Positions 29,366-37,332 of a DNA stretch of 64,000 nucleotides are shown one piece after another. This DNA is from a bacterium (GTDB taxonomy: Bacteria; Patescibacteriota; Minisyncoccia; UBA6257; UBA9933): NCBI GenBank assembly GCA_030693235.1, contig JAUYBE010000016.1, positions 35,917 through 99,916 on the forward strand, given 5' to 3'. The notes beneath the pieces were generated by a model. The model did not search any database. It had not been told where the DNA came from and saw only the letters and a list, made by a program, of their open reading frames with translations. The first letter of the stretch is position 1, and the number at the start of each line of letters is the position of its first letter. A program made the position numbers and the translations under genes.

Positions 29366-31228
29366 TTAAAATTTATTTAAAACCGCTTTCGCCCAAGAAC
29401 GGGACCAATGGGATTTAGTATTTTGTATTTGGTATTTTGTATCTTGTATCTCGCGAAGCCAGTTTTGAAACGGAAAAGTAAAACCCATTTTTGGACGGGT
29501 GAAAATTTCTTGAGGCAATAAATCGCGAACCGCGGCGACGAGAAGGGGCTTATTTATGTTTTTTAGTTCTTTAGTTTTTAAGTTTTTAAGTTTTAAGTTT
29601 GCGGGCAAACTGCTTAAATATTCAACCAGCGGGTGGTCCAAAAACGGCACCCGGACTTCAACCGAATGACGCATTGACATAAAATCGGTGTCTTTAAGCA
29701 ATTGGTTTTGAAGATAGAATTTAAGTTCAAGATAGGAAAGAAGGCCAATTGGATGTAATTGTTCTAAGTGTTGTAATTGATGCGATAATTTATCTATAAA
29801 ATTATTTACTTCTTGAACATTAGTATCTAAAATCTTCGCGGTTTCTTGAGGAGTGAATAAGCCCCTAATCCCTAAATAAAAACTTAAAATATCGTCATTG
29901 GTAAAATAACTTAATTTAGAATACTTGTCGCCAAATAAACTGCCCAATTTTAGCGGAGATTTTAAAAATTTCGGCAAATTCTGGATTTTTCTTAGTAATT
30001 CCGCCCGGCGAAAATGCGGATAACCCAAAAATATTTCATCCGCTCCTAGTCCGGAAAGAACGGTTTTTAACCCGGCCTGCTTGGCCGCCTTGGCGATAAA
30101 AAAAGTGTTGACGCCGTCTATTGTCGGCTGATCCATCGCTTCAAAAATTTCTTCAAACGAATCGTAAAAATCCTGTTTTGTTATCTTTATTTTGCGATGG
30201 TCGCTGCCTATCTTTTTTGCGACCAAGTCCGAATAATATTCTTCGGAAAATTCTGGTTCGTCGAAAATAATTGATAAAGTTTTAAGACGCTGATTTTTTA
30301 TAGTTTGAGCCGCCAGCGCCGCAATCACCGACGAATCCAATCCGCCGCTTAAAAATACGCCCAAAGGCGCGTCGCTGATAAGATGAAGATTGACGGATTC
30401 TTCTAAAAGACTTCGAATACTATCACGTGTGATAGTATTATCCTGAAAGTTCTGTGTTTTGTTTTTGAAAAATTCTAAAGGCTCATAATATTGAATTAAT
30501 TTTTGACTGCCGTCAGCTTCTCGGACTAAATAATGTCCGGCCGGCACAGCATAAACATTTTTTATCGTAGTTGTCGGTAACGGCACCGAGCCGAAAAGTA
30601 AAAAACCGATATAAGCGTCGGGGTTTTTTTGAACCAGTATTATTCCGCTGTTTTCCAGCGCCTTAACCGTTGAAGCGAAAATTAATTTTTCATTATCCGA
30701 ATAATAATAAAGGGGTTTAATGCCGTATCTGTCTTTAACTAAAAATAATTTTTGATTTTTGCCATCCCAAAGTCCAAAAGCGAACATCCCGCGAAGCATT
30801 TCAAAAGATTTTTCGCCGCATTCGGCGTATAAAGCTAAAATCACCTCGGTATCGGTTTTTGTTTTGAATTTATATCCCTTTTTCTCTAAATCTTTTTTTA
30901 ATTCCAAAAAATTATAGATTTCTCCGCTGTAGGTTATTACTAATGTCTGGACATCCGACGTCCTAAAATTACCGCCAATATTTGGGACGTCGGATGTCCT
31001 TAAAATTGACCCATTTTGCCAAATCATCGGTTGGTGGCCAGACTTTGAAAGGTCGATAATAGAAAGCCGGGAGTGCCCCAGCGCAACACCGTTTTTTACA
31101 TCAACAAAAACGCCTTCGTCGTCTGGACCGCGATTTTTCTGGGAGGTGTTCATTTTCCCCGCTGCCGCTTCCAAATCTTTTTTATTATAAATTTTTTTAT
31201 TTTGATAAATTCCGGCAATGCCGCACAT
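29366..31228 (-). CDS. asnB: asparagine synthase (glutamine-hydrolysing), glycan-locus amidotransferase type, carrying in-frame repeat insertions
   Basis: MCGIAGIY N-terminal nucleophile, SGGLDSS PP-loop, 620 aa. Insertions: family-2 palindrome 30949-30999 (RTSDVPNIGGNFRTSDVQ), and tandem oligomers at 29560-29600 (LKLKNLKTKELKN) and 29425-29455 (IQDTKYQIQNTK). Confidence 0.85.
   Translation of the reverse strand: MCGIAGIYQNKKIYNKKDLEAAAGKMNTSQKNRGPDDEGVFVDVKNGVALGHSRLSIIDLSKSGHQPMIWQNGSILRTSDVPNIGGNFRTSDVQTLVITYSGEIYNFLELKKDLEKKGYKFKTKTDTEVILALYAECGEKSFEMLRGMFAFGLWDGKNQKLFLVKDRYGIKPLYYYSDNEKLIFASTVKALENSGIILVQKNPDAYIGFLLFGSVPLPTTTIKNVYAVPAGHYLVREADGSQKLIQYYEPLEFFKNKTQNFQDNTITRDSIRSLLEESVNLHLISDAPLGVFLSGGLDSSVIAALAAQTIKNQRLKTLSIIFDEPEFSEEYYSDLVAKKIGSDHRKIKITKQDFYDSFEEIFEAMDQPTIDGVNTFFIAKAAKQAGLKTVLSGLGADEIFLGYPHFRRAELLRKIQNLPKFLKSPLKLGSLFGDKYSKLSYFTNDDILSFYLGIRGLFTPQETAKILDTNVQEVNNFIDKLSHQLQHLEQLHPIGLLSYLELKFYLQNQLLKDTDFMSMRHSVEVRVPFLDHPLVEYLSSLPANLKLKNLKTKELKNINKPLLVAAVRDLLPQEIFTRPKMGFTFPFQNWLREIQDTKYQIQNTKSHWSRSWAKAVLNKF
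30949..30999. repeat. twin-palindrome element, family 2, in-frame in asnB
   Basis: ggacatccgacgtcc taaaattaccgccaatattt gggacgtcggatgtcc. Same architecture as 13299-13350. Confidence 0.7.
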
Positions 31229-31246
31229 AGTTTTTTTATTCTTTAA

Positions 31247-31507
31247 TTACTTATACAAATTACTATGCGTATCAATGGCAATGAATATGATTATATCAAA
31301 AGATATTCGCTTATAGATTGACCTAAGATCGCCGGCGATATTGACGCTCCGATAGCCCAAGTATTTTCCCCTAAGCGGGTGATTATTTAAAACCGGATTG
31401 AATTCGTCCTGAATAAATAGAGCTAATCGCTCTTTTACTTTCTCTTTCTCGTTAGTTTTAAGTTTTTTATACTGCTTTTCAAAATTTCTATGAAATCTTA
31501 TTTTCAT
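31247..31507 (-). CDS. type II toxin, RelE/ParE superfamily (YoeB-like pattern)
   Basis: 86 aa. FHRNFEKQYKKL...HPLRGKYLGYRSVNIAGDLRSIYKRISFDIIIFIAIDTHSNLY. Overlaps the upstream small ORF by 4 nt. Confidence 0.6.
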   Translation of the reverse strand: MKIRFHRNFEKQYKKLKTNEKEKVKERLALFIQDEFNPVLNNHPLRGKYLGYRSVNIAGDLRSIYKRISFDIIIFIAIDTHSNLYK

Positions 31508-31782
31508 AACGAGCCAAGATATTCTCTCATTTCTTCCGCCGACTTAAAAACGGGTGATAAATTTTTCTTATTTTTTATGTCCTTTTCCGCAATGCCTAAA
31601 AATTTTTCAAATTCAGGGATTATTTGCGGAATATCGGAAAAACGCACCTCGCGGGTTCTGATAAAATTTCTTAAAGAGGCGTTTATCACATCACTCAAAG
31701 AAATACCAATCTCCTCGGCAATCTTTTGAACATTCTCTTTTACTTCCTTATTGGTTTTTACGCTTATTACTACTTTAGCCAT
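31504..31782 (-). CDS. RelB/DinJ-family antitoxin (RHH)
   Basis: MAKVVISVKTNKEVKENVQKIAEEIGISLSDVINASLRNFI is a RelB/DinJ-type N-terminal ribbon-helix-helix. The tracked ORF extends to 31818, but MAKVV at 31782 is the likelier start. Confidence 0.5.
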   Translation of the reverse strand: MAKVVISVKTNKEVKENVQKIAEEIGISLSDVINASLRNFIRTREVRFSDIPQIIPEFEKFLGIAEKDIKNKKNLSPVFKSAEEMREYLGSL

Positions 31783-31827
31783 ATATCTAAAGTATATACA
31801 ACAGTAATCTGTTGTCAACTATTTTTT

Positions 31828-32394
31828 TTACTGATTTAATATCGCTTTCACCCTCTCATCTTCCGGCCAGTATTTAAGAATTTTTTCGCCGATTTTCCGC
31901 GTGTTTTCCTCGTCGCCTCTTAAACGGTATAGATCAAATAAATTATAAAGAACCGGCGGGAGTTTCGGACCATAAATCAAGGCCTCGCGATAATATTCTT
32001 CTGATTTTAGAAAATCGTTTTCATTACCTGATTTCTCCCATAAAAAGAAATATATCTGAGCCAAAATAAGGAGATGCCTTGTTTCATCTTTTCTCATTTT
32101 TGGCTCTAAATATTCAACTAAATAACGCGAGGCAATTTCTGGATTTTTAGGATTAGCCACCGCATTGACTAAATTATTTCCCAAAAACCTTGCCGCCTCG
32201 TAATCGCCAATCGGCGAATAAAAACCGAAAAGCTTGTCAAAAACTTTCTTAAAGTCTTCCGGGGTTTTCAGAGACGGCATTTGGTAAGCTGATTTTATAT
32301 AAAGTTGAGCCTTTTTAAAAGGCAAAATAGAACCAAAATAGATTGCGAATAAAACAATGACAATGACTATGACAATGATAATTTTTTTAATCAT
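31828..32394 (-). CDS. hypothetical membrane-anchored helical-repeat protein
   Basis: N-terminal TM (IIIVIVIVIVLFAIYFG), then helical TPR-like repeats. Confidence 0.35.
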   Translation of the reverse strand: MIKKIIIVIVIVIVLFAIYFGSILPFKKAQLYIKSAYQMPSLKTPEDFKKVFDKLFGFYSPIGDYEAARFLGNNLVNAVANPKNPEIASRYLVEYLEPKMRKDETRHLLILAQIYFFLWEKSGNENDFLKSEEYYREALIYGPKLPPVLYNLFDLYRLRGDEENTRKIGEKILKYWPEDERVKAILNQ

Positions 32395-34322
32395 ATACGA
32401 ATATCTGCTCTTAATTTATAGGTCGCAAATGCCAAAAACAGAAACAAATTAATATAAAGCGGCAAAATTTCAAATAAAACAATGCCTTGAATAAGATAAG
32501 CAACGGGCAAAGCGAATATTAACGCGGACTCAAGCGGACTTAAAAAAACGGACTTGGCGGACTTGGGCGTTAACGCGGACTGATGCTGACCTAAAACGGA
32601 CTTAGCGGACGAGGCGGACTGAGATAATAGACCCGGGGCATAAATTATTCTTTCTATTTGAACGTCATTTTTTTGACCAAAATTAACTAATAAAGCCAAT
32701 TGATAAGGCAATCCCCTTAAATAGTGCCAAATCTGTTTCTTTTCGTTTCTCCCTAAAAAGGGAAGTGATTTTAATTCTAAAATAATTTTATTCTCAATAA
32801 TAAAATCAGGTTTATAAACACCAACCTTTTTGTTGTTATACATAACATCAAGAGGTTTTTCTCTTTCAAAAATAATACCTCTTTTATTAAATTCTTCTTC
32901 CAAAGCATTCTGATAAATAAACTCTTTATGTCCTAGACCGAGTTGTTTCTTAACATCAAAGATCGCCCCTCTTATTTTATAAGTTATATCCTCGTATAAT
33001 AATTTGGAATTATTGTCCGCCATAGTCCGTGTTTTATCAAAGTCCGCTAAAGTCCGCGTCTTGAAAAGAAGTTGCCAATAAAACACTCCGAAAATGCTCA
33101 AAAAACTTAATAATCCAAGAATGCCGGTTTCGGCCAAATAGTCAAAATAAACGCTGTGCGCTCGGTCAAACCAGGCGCCAAAACCAGATGAAGGAACAAA
33201 ATATTCCGTGTTAAAATGCCGGTCAAAAACTTGTAAGAAATTCTCCGGGCCCCAGCCCAAAAGCGGTCGTTCTTTCCAGCCGTCAATGGCAATTTCCCAC
33301 ATAATTGTCCGGTGCTGAAAAGTTTCTGCCGAAAAAGAAATGTCAAAAAGTCGCGAACCGGGAATAGATTTCACAAAAGGAGTGTCTTTAAAATAAACCA
33401 TTGCGCCAACTCCTAAAATTAAAATAATTGTTAAAGCCAAAAGATGTTTCCGCCATTTCTTTTGTTGATAAACAAAATAAAAGACACCGCCAATAATCGC
33501 GGCAATTAAACCAAGAAAAGCGCCGCGGGTTGCCGCCAACCAGAAGAAGATAAAGAAAAAAATTATCAGGCCGATAAGTAACATAAATTTCTTATCCGTA
33601 TTAATCCGCGTCAATAAAAGATAACCAGCATAAAACAAAGCAAAAATTAAATAGGTGGCAGTATAAGCCGGGTTGCCTAAGGAGCCGGCAAAACGGAAAT
33701 GAGGGTCTTTAAGGGATCCGCCGATAAAACCCTTAAAGGTTTGAAAATAGGGTCCTCCTCGGCCGGTTATTTCTCTAATCTCAAAACCACTTTCTGTCCG
33801 GACGCTCATTTCCGCGTCAATATATTTTAAATGGGCGCCGATTCCGTAAAAAATTACCAAAACCGCGGCTAAAATTGAAATCCAAAATAGTTTTTTCCAA
33901 TCTTTTTCTTCCCGAAACAAAATTACCAGAAGCAAAAAGAAAATCCCAAGATAAAGTATCTGTAAACCGCCTTCCCCTCTTTCAAAATTGGACCAAAAGG
34001 ACATTGCCGGGTCAACGCCGAAAAAACAAGCAAGAAGAAATATCATGACAAAAGCGAAGACCGCCCAAACCAGCGCAGACTTACGCAGACTTAACGCAGG
34101 CTCACACAGAAAATTCCGCGTAGTTCCGCGTGTTTGTCCGCGTAGTTCCGCGTTTTGGAAAAGCAGTCCCAACAGAAAAAATATTAATGCCAAACTCACA
34201 CTTGTTCTAAAAAAAACATATTTACCGACGATAAAAGGAAAAAGCGTAGAAGTAGAAACAATAACAACGCTAAATGGAACAAGATAAAGAAAAAATTTGG
34301 AAAGTTTGAAGTAATTTATCAT
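32391..34322 (-). CDS. O-antigen ligase-like polytopic membrane protein with an internal GxxExxY module and in-frame family-3 repeat insertions
   Basis: About 12 TM helices and a Wzy_C/O-antigen-ligase-like core (aa ~60-420). Aa ~445-545 FDVKKQLGLGHKEFIYQNALEEEFNKRGIIFEREKPLDVMYNNKKVGVYKPDFIIENKIILELKS is the GxxExxY protein-family signature. Repeat-encoded peptides lie at aa ~56-83, ~421-436 and ~567-600. A C-terminal TM helix follows. Confidence 0.55.
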   Translation of the reverse strand: MINYFKLSKFFLYLVPFSVVIVSTSTLFPFIVGKYVFFRTSVSLALIFFLLGLLFQNAELRGQTRGTTRNFLCEPALSLRKSALVWAVFAFVMIFLLACFFGVDPAMSFWSNFERGEGGLQILYLGIFFLLLVILFREEKDWKKLFWISILAAVLVIFYGIGAHLKYIDAEMSVRTESGFEIREITGRGGPYFQTFKGFIGGSLKDPHFRFAGSLGNPAYTATYLIFALFYAGYLLLTRINTDKKFMLLIGLIIFFFIFFWLAATRGAFLGLIAAIIGGVFYFVYQQKKWRKHLLALTIILILGVGAMVYFKDTPFVKSIPGSRLFDISFSAETFQHRTIMWEIAIDGWKERPLLGWGPENFLQVFDRHFNTEYFVPSSGFGAWFDRAHSVYFDYLAETGILGLLSFLSIFGVFYWQLLFKTRTLADFDKTRTMADNNSKLLYEDITYKIRGAIFDVKKQLGLGHKEFIYQNALEEEFNKRGIIFEREKPLDVMYNNKKVGVYKPDFIIENKIILELKSLPFLGRNEKKQIWHYLRGLPYQLALLVNFGQKNDVQIERIIYAPGLLSQSASSAKSVLGQHQSALTPKSAKSVFLSPLESALIFALPVAYLIQGIVLFEILPLYINLFLFLAFATYKLRADIRI

Positions 34323-34356
34323 AACGCTGATTTATAAAGTTTAATAGTTTAATAGT

Positions 34357-34827
34357 TTAATAGTTTAAAGACGGGTGGTCTTTTGGCAAAGCAGAGCGGA
34401 TTAATTCTTTTATTTCTTTTTGTTTTTCGTCTACCGGTTTTTTAAATTTTAAACCTTTATACTTTGAAACTTTTAAGCCGCCTATGAACTTGAAAATTAA
34501 AGCCGAGACGTATTTTGCCAATTCAACCCCGTCTTTTAATTCTTGAGCGCTGATATAGCCTTGATCAAACGCCACATAAAGTTGGGCGCGGACTTCGCCG
34601 CAGGACGCTTTGGCTATATAGAGAAAATAAAGAATTTCTTCCTTACCTCCTCGCTCAAAACCCTCGGCGATATTTGACATTACCGAGACAGCGGCGCGGC
34701 GGATTTGGTCGATTAAGCCGAAGTCGCGGCTGAATTCCAACTTTCGCGTATAACTATAAATCAATTTAACTAATTCGCGAGATTTTTGCCAGACGAACAA
34801 ATCTTCGAAAGATTTTGCGCTGCTCAT
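34357..34827 (-). CDS. four-helix-bundle protein (23S rRNA intervening-sequence protein family)
   Basis: DLFVWQKSRELV, SNIAEGFERG, KASCGEVRAQLYVA. Flanked on both sides by AAAGTTTAA-type tandem repeats. Confidence 0.75.
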   Translation of the reverse strand: MSSAKSFEDLFVWQKSRELVKLIYSYTRKLEFSRDFGLIDQIRRAAVSVMSNIAEGFERGGKEEILYFLYIAKASCGEVRAQLYVAFDQGYISAQELKDGVELAKYVSALIFKFIGGLKVSKYKGLKFKKPVDEKQKEIKELIRSALPKDHPSLNY

Positions 34828-34829
34828 AC

Positions 34830-34975
34830 GCTAAAAGTATAAAAGTTTAAAAGTTTAAAGGCAATACTTATACTTAAAGTTTAAAAGCAGAATCTAAAAG
34901 CTAAAAGTTTAAAGGTTTAAGGGCAAGTTTAAAAGTATAAAAACAATAGAAAATTTAAAAGTTTAAAAGCAAACC
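34830..34975. repeat. AT-rich tandem repeat (AAAGTTTAAA-like units)
   Basis: aaagtataaaagtttaaaagtttaaaggcaa...aaagtttaaaagc. A shorter array lies at 34330-34365 (agtttaat x3). Confidence 0.6.
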
Positions 34976-35005
34976 AAAAACCGCCCGTCGGCGGTTTTTG
35001 GTTTG
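34972..35005 (-). terminator. rho-independent terminator (bidirectional hairpin) downstream of the surface-protein gene
   Basis: aaaaaccgcc-cgtc-ggcggttttt with T-runs on both strands. Confidence 0.6.
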
Positions 35006-35112
35006 TCCGATTATTTGCTATCGGGAAACTTCGGTTCATTCTTATCTTAATCTTACTTGCGTTTCCTTGCAAAACATCAAGATTAATTAATAACCTTGAA
35101 TGGTAATGTTGC

Positions 35113-37005
35113 TTATTTAGCAATATAAGCTTGTACGCCTACAGCTGTTGGAAGAGCATATAAGTAGTCAACAACACCTGTTGTACCATTTGGATTTGCT
35201 GTCAACCGAATTCCACTTAATTTGGCATTGTTATAACCATCAGCTGCTGCTACTGTGATTTTGTAACTAACAGTAAATGTATTTGTTGATCCATTTATGA
35301 TCTTAAATACACCGTCTGTATTAACAGAATCAGTAGATGTTATGTCTAGCTGAGTAAATGAATAAACGGTAGATGTTGGTGTTCCATCTAATACTCCTTG
35401 AGCTAACAAAATACCCTGTGCTGCTCCTGCAGCAGCAGTAATGTATTCATTTCGTCCATTAGCTTTTACGCTAAACGAAAGAGTTCCTGTCATTTGCTGA
35501 GGAGTTGCACTACTAATTATGTTTGCAACTAGTGGAGTGCTTGCACTAACGAAAGCAACAGTCGGAGCATATTCGTAGAAGTACATCTTTTCACCTGTAA
35601 CTGGAGCTGGTGTAGCCACAGCTGTGAATGAAGGACCAGTTGTAGCAGTAATTGTAGAAATAGCTGCAGTAATTGCGTCACCATTAACTACAAAACTTTC
35701 AGCAAGATGATTCATCTTTGCATATACTGACAATGTTTTTGTTACATCTTTTGCTAAATCGATATTTAGAAGAGGGAAGGTAAATGTTCCAGCTCCTGTT
35801 ACAGAAGCTAGAATATTTGCACCATCACGAAGCTCAAATGAAGCAACAGCCCCTGAAACAGTAGTGCTAGCACCAACTCTTGCAGCAGTACCAGCTATAG
35901 CTGTAATATTAACTGCTCCAACTTTTGCTTTAAGATCAAAGTCCATCAACTTAACATCAGTCAAAGTTCCAGCAATAGTGTTAAGACCAGAAACTGCTTG
36001 TGTTTTTGGAGAAGATAAACTTAAAGAATTTTCTAATGTACCTGCTGCAGTAACAGCTGTACTTGAAAGATTTATAATACGAGCTGTCATCTTGTAGACA
36101 TCTGAGATACCTGCACCATCAGTTGCTCTTACTGTACTTGTATTAAGTACATTAGTTGAAACACTAGCAGAAGTAAGTTCTGGACGAGTAACATTCAATG
36201 TCAAAATCTTTGTTGTTCCAACTGGAACTACTACATTAAGACCATTGAATTGAAGTTGATACGCAGAACCTGCTGTAACCTCAGTAACGGTTGAAGCTGA
36301 AAGAGGAATAGTTGCAAGAACTGTTGAGCCATCTGACAAAGTAATATTACTTGCAGACAACCATATACGACTGTCGATATCTAACCACATACGAGTAACT
36401 TTCATATCAGAACCTGTAGCCTTGAGCTTTATAGCCATAACATCTTTACTCTCACCTTTTAGAACAGATAAGTTGTCTGAAGGAAGAGCGTCGTAAGTTA
36501 CGGCGAGTGAACCTTCAACTCCGGGAACTACTGGGGTTGCCGGGGTTGCTGGGGTTGCTGGGGTTGCTGGGGTTGCTGCCAAACTGGCAACATACGCCCG
36601 AGATTTTGGACCAAAATATCCGACTGCCGGAGAAACTCCGACTGCCGCTTGATATTTAGCCAAAGCCGCCTTGGTTAATGAACCGAAGGTGGTTGTTTCA
36701 TTGCCCGCGGAACCGGCTCCAGTAGCAGCCACAGCATAACCTTTTGAATTCAAGAATTGCTGTAACGCTTTAACATCGTCTCCTTTTGAACCAAGAGTGA
36801 GGTCTTTAGTAAAGGTATACGATGGAACGACTGGGGCTGTGGTTAATTGCGCTTGCAACAACTGAATCTGAGCCAATAAGGCGTTAATTTGCGCCTGAAT
36901 GTCAGTTTGAGCTGAAGCTGGCAAAACCATAGTGACGCCAGACAATGAAATCGCGACGGCCAATGAAAGACCAATCGTTGAAAACTTTTTAATTGTATTA
37001 CCCAT
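35113..37005 (-). CDS. secreted cell-surface protein with peptidoglycan-binding domain (PG_binding_1) and long Thr/Ala/Ser-rich beta-rich region
   Basis: Signal peptide, coiled-coil (IQAQINALLAQIQLLQAQL), DDVKALQQFLNSKGY...FGSLTKAALAKYQAAVGV, (PAT)4 linker, about 470 aa of low-complexity beta-rich sequence. Codon composition differs visibly from its neighbours. Confidence 0.55.
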   Translation of the reverse strand: MGNTIKKFSTIGLSLAVAISLSGVTMVLPASAQTDIQAQINALLAQIQLLQAQLTTAPVVPSYTFTKDLTLGSKGDDVKALQQFLNSKGYAVAATGAGSAGNETTTFGSLTKAALAKYQAAVGVSPAVGYFGPKSRAYVASLAATPATPATPATPATPVVPGVEGSLAVTYDALPSDNLSVLKGESKDVMAIKLKATGSDMKVTRMWLDIDSRIWLSASNITLSDGSTVLATIPLSASTVTEVTAGSAYQLQFNGLNVVVPVGTTKILTLNVTRPELTSASVSTNVLNTSTVRATDGAGISDVYKMTARIINLSSTAVTAAGTLENSLSLSSPKTQAVSGLNTIAGTLTDVKLMDFDLKAKVGAVNITAIAGTAARVGASTTVSGAVASFELRDGANILASVTGAGTFTFPLLNIDLAKDVTKTLSVYAKMNHLAESFVVNGDAITAAISTITATTGPSFTAVATPAPVTGEKMYFYEYAPTVAFVSASTPLVANIISSATPQQMTGTLSFSVKANGRNEYITAAAGAAQGILLAQGVLDGTPTSTVYSFTQLDITSTDSVNTDGVFKIINGSTNTFTVSYKITVAAADGYNNAKLSGIRLTANPNGTTGVVDYLYALPTAVGVQAYIAK

Positions 37006-37149
37006 AATTTAATTTATATTTTTATTTATTAATTATTTTTCCGGAAAGTTATGCCCCCGATTGATCGACCACCTACTTATCTCAGTGAGGTAAGATAGCA
37101 GCTCAATGAAAGAATAACTGTAGTGTTATAAATTAAAAAACTCACTTTT

Positions 37150-37215
37150 GGAGTGAGGCGGTGTAGATTAGGTGTTAGGTGATAGGTGTTAGAAAAAAAT
37201 TACCCTAAAAACTAA
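37150..37215. repeat. heptamer-array element, family 4 (GGTGTTA array + CTAAAAAC array)
   Basis: ttaggtgttaggtgataggtgttag-aaaaaaattac-cctaaaaactaaaaactaa. Full copies lie at 49892-49960 and 56683-56750. Confidence 0.55.
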
Positions 37216-37332
37216 AAACTAATAAAGATTCAGCCTCACTTCTGAACCTTTTACAAAATTTTAATCAAAAACACTGTCCTGTCAACTACTTATTAATAAT
37301 GATAACGAATGGATTTAACTTTGGTTTCTCGG

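Noticed and set aside
34357-34827. Presence of an rRNA operon or 23S intervening sequence implied by the family name of the four-helix-bundle proteins
   Set aside because: No rRNA-like sequence such as conserved 16S/23S motifs is present anywhere in the window. The name is historical, and the genes are free-standing here.
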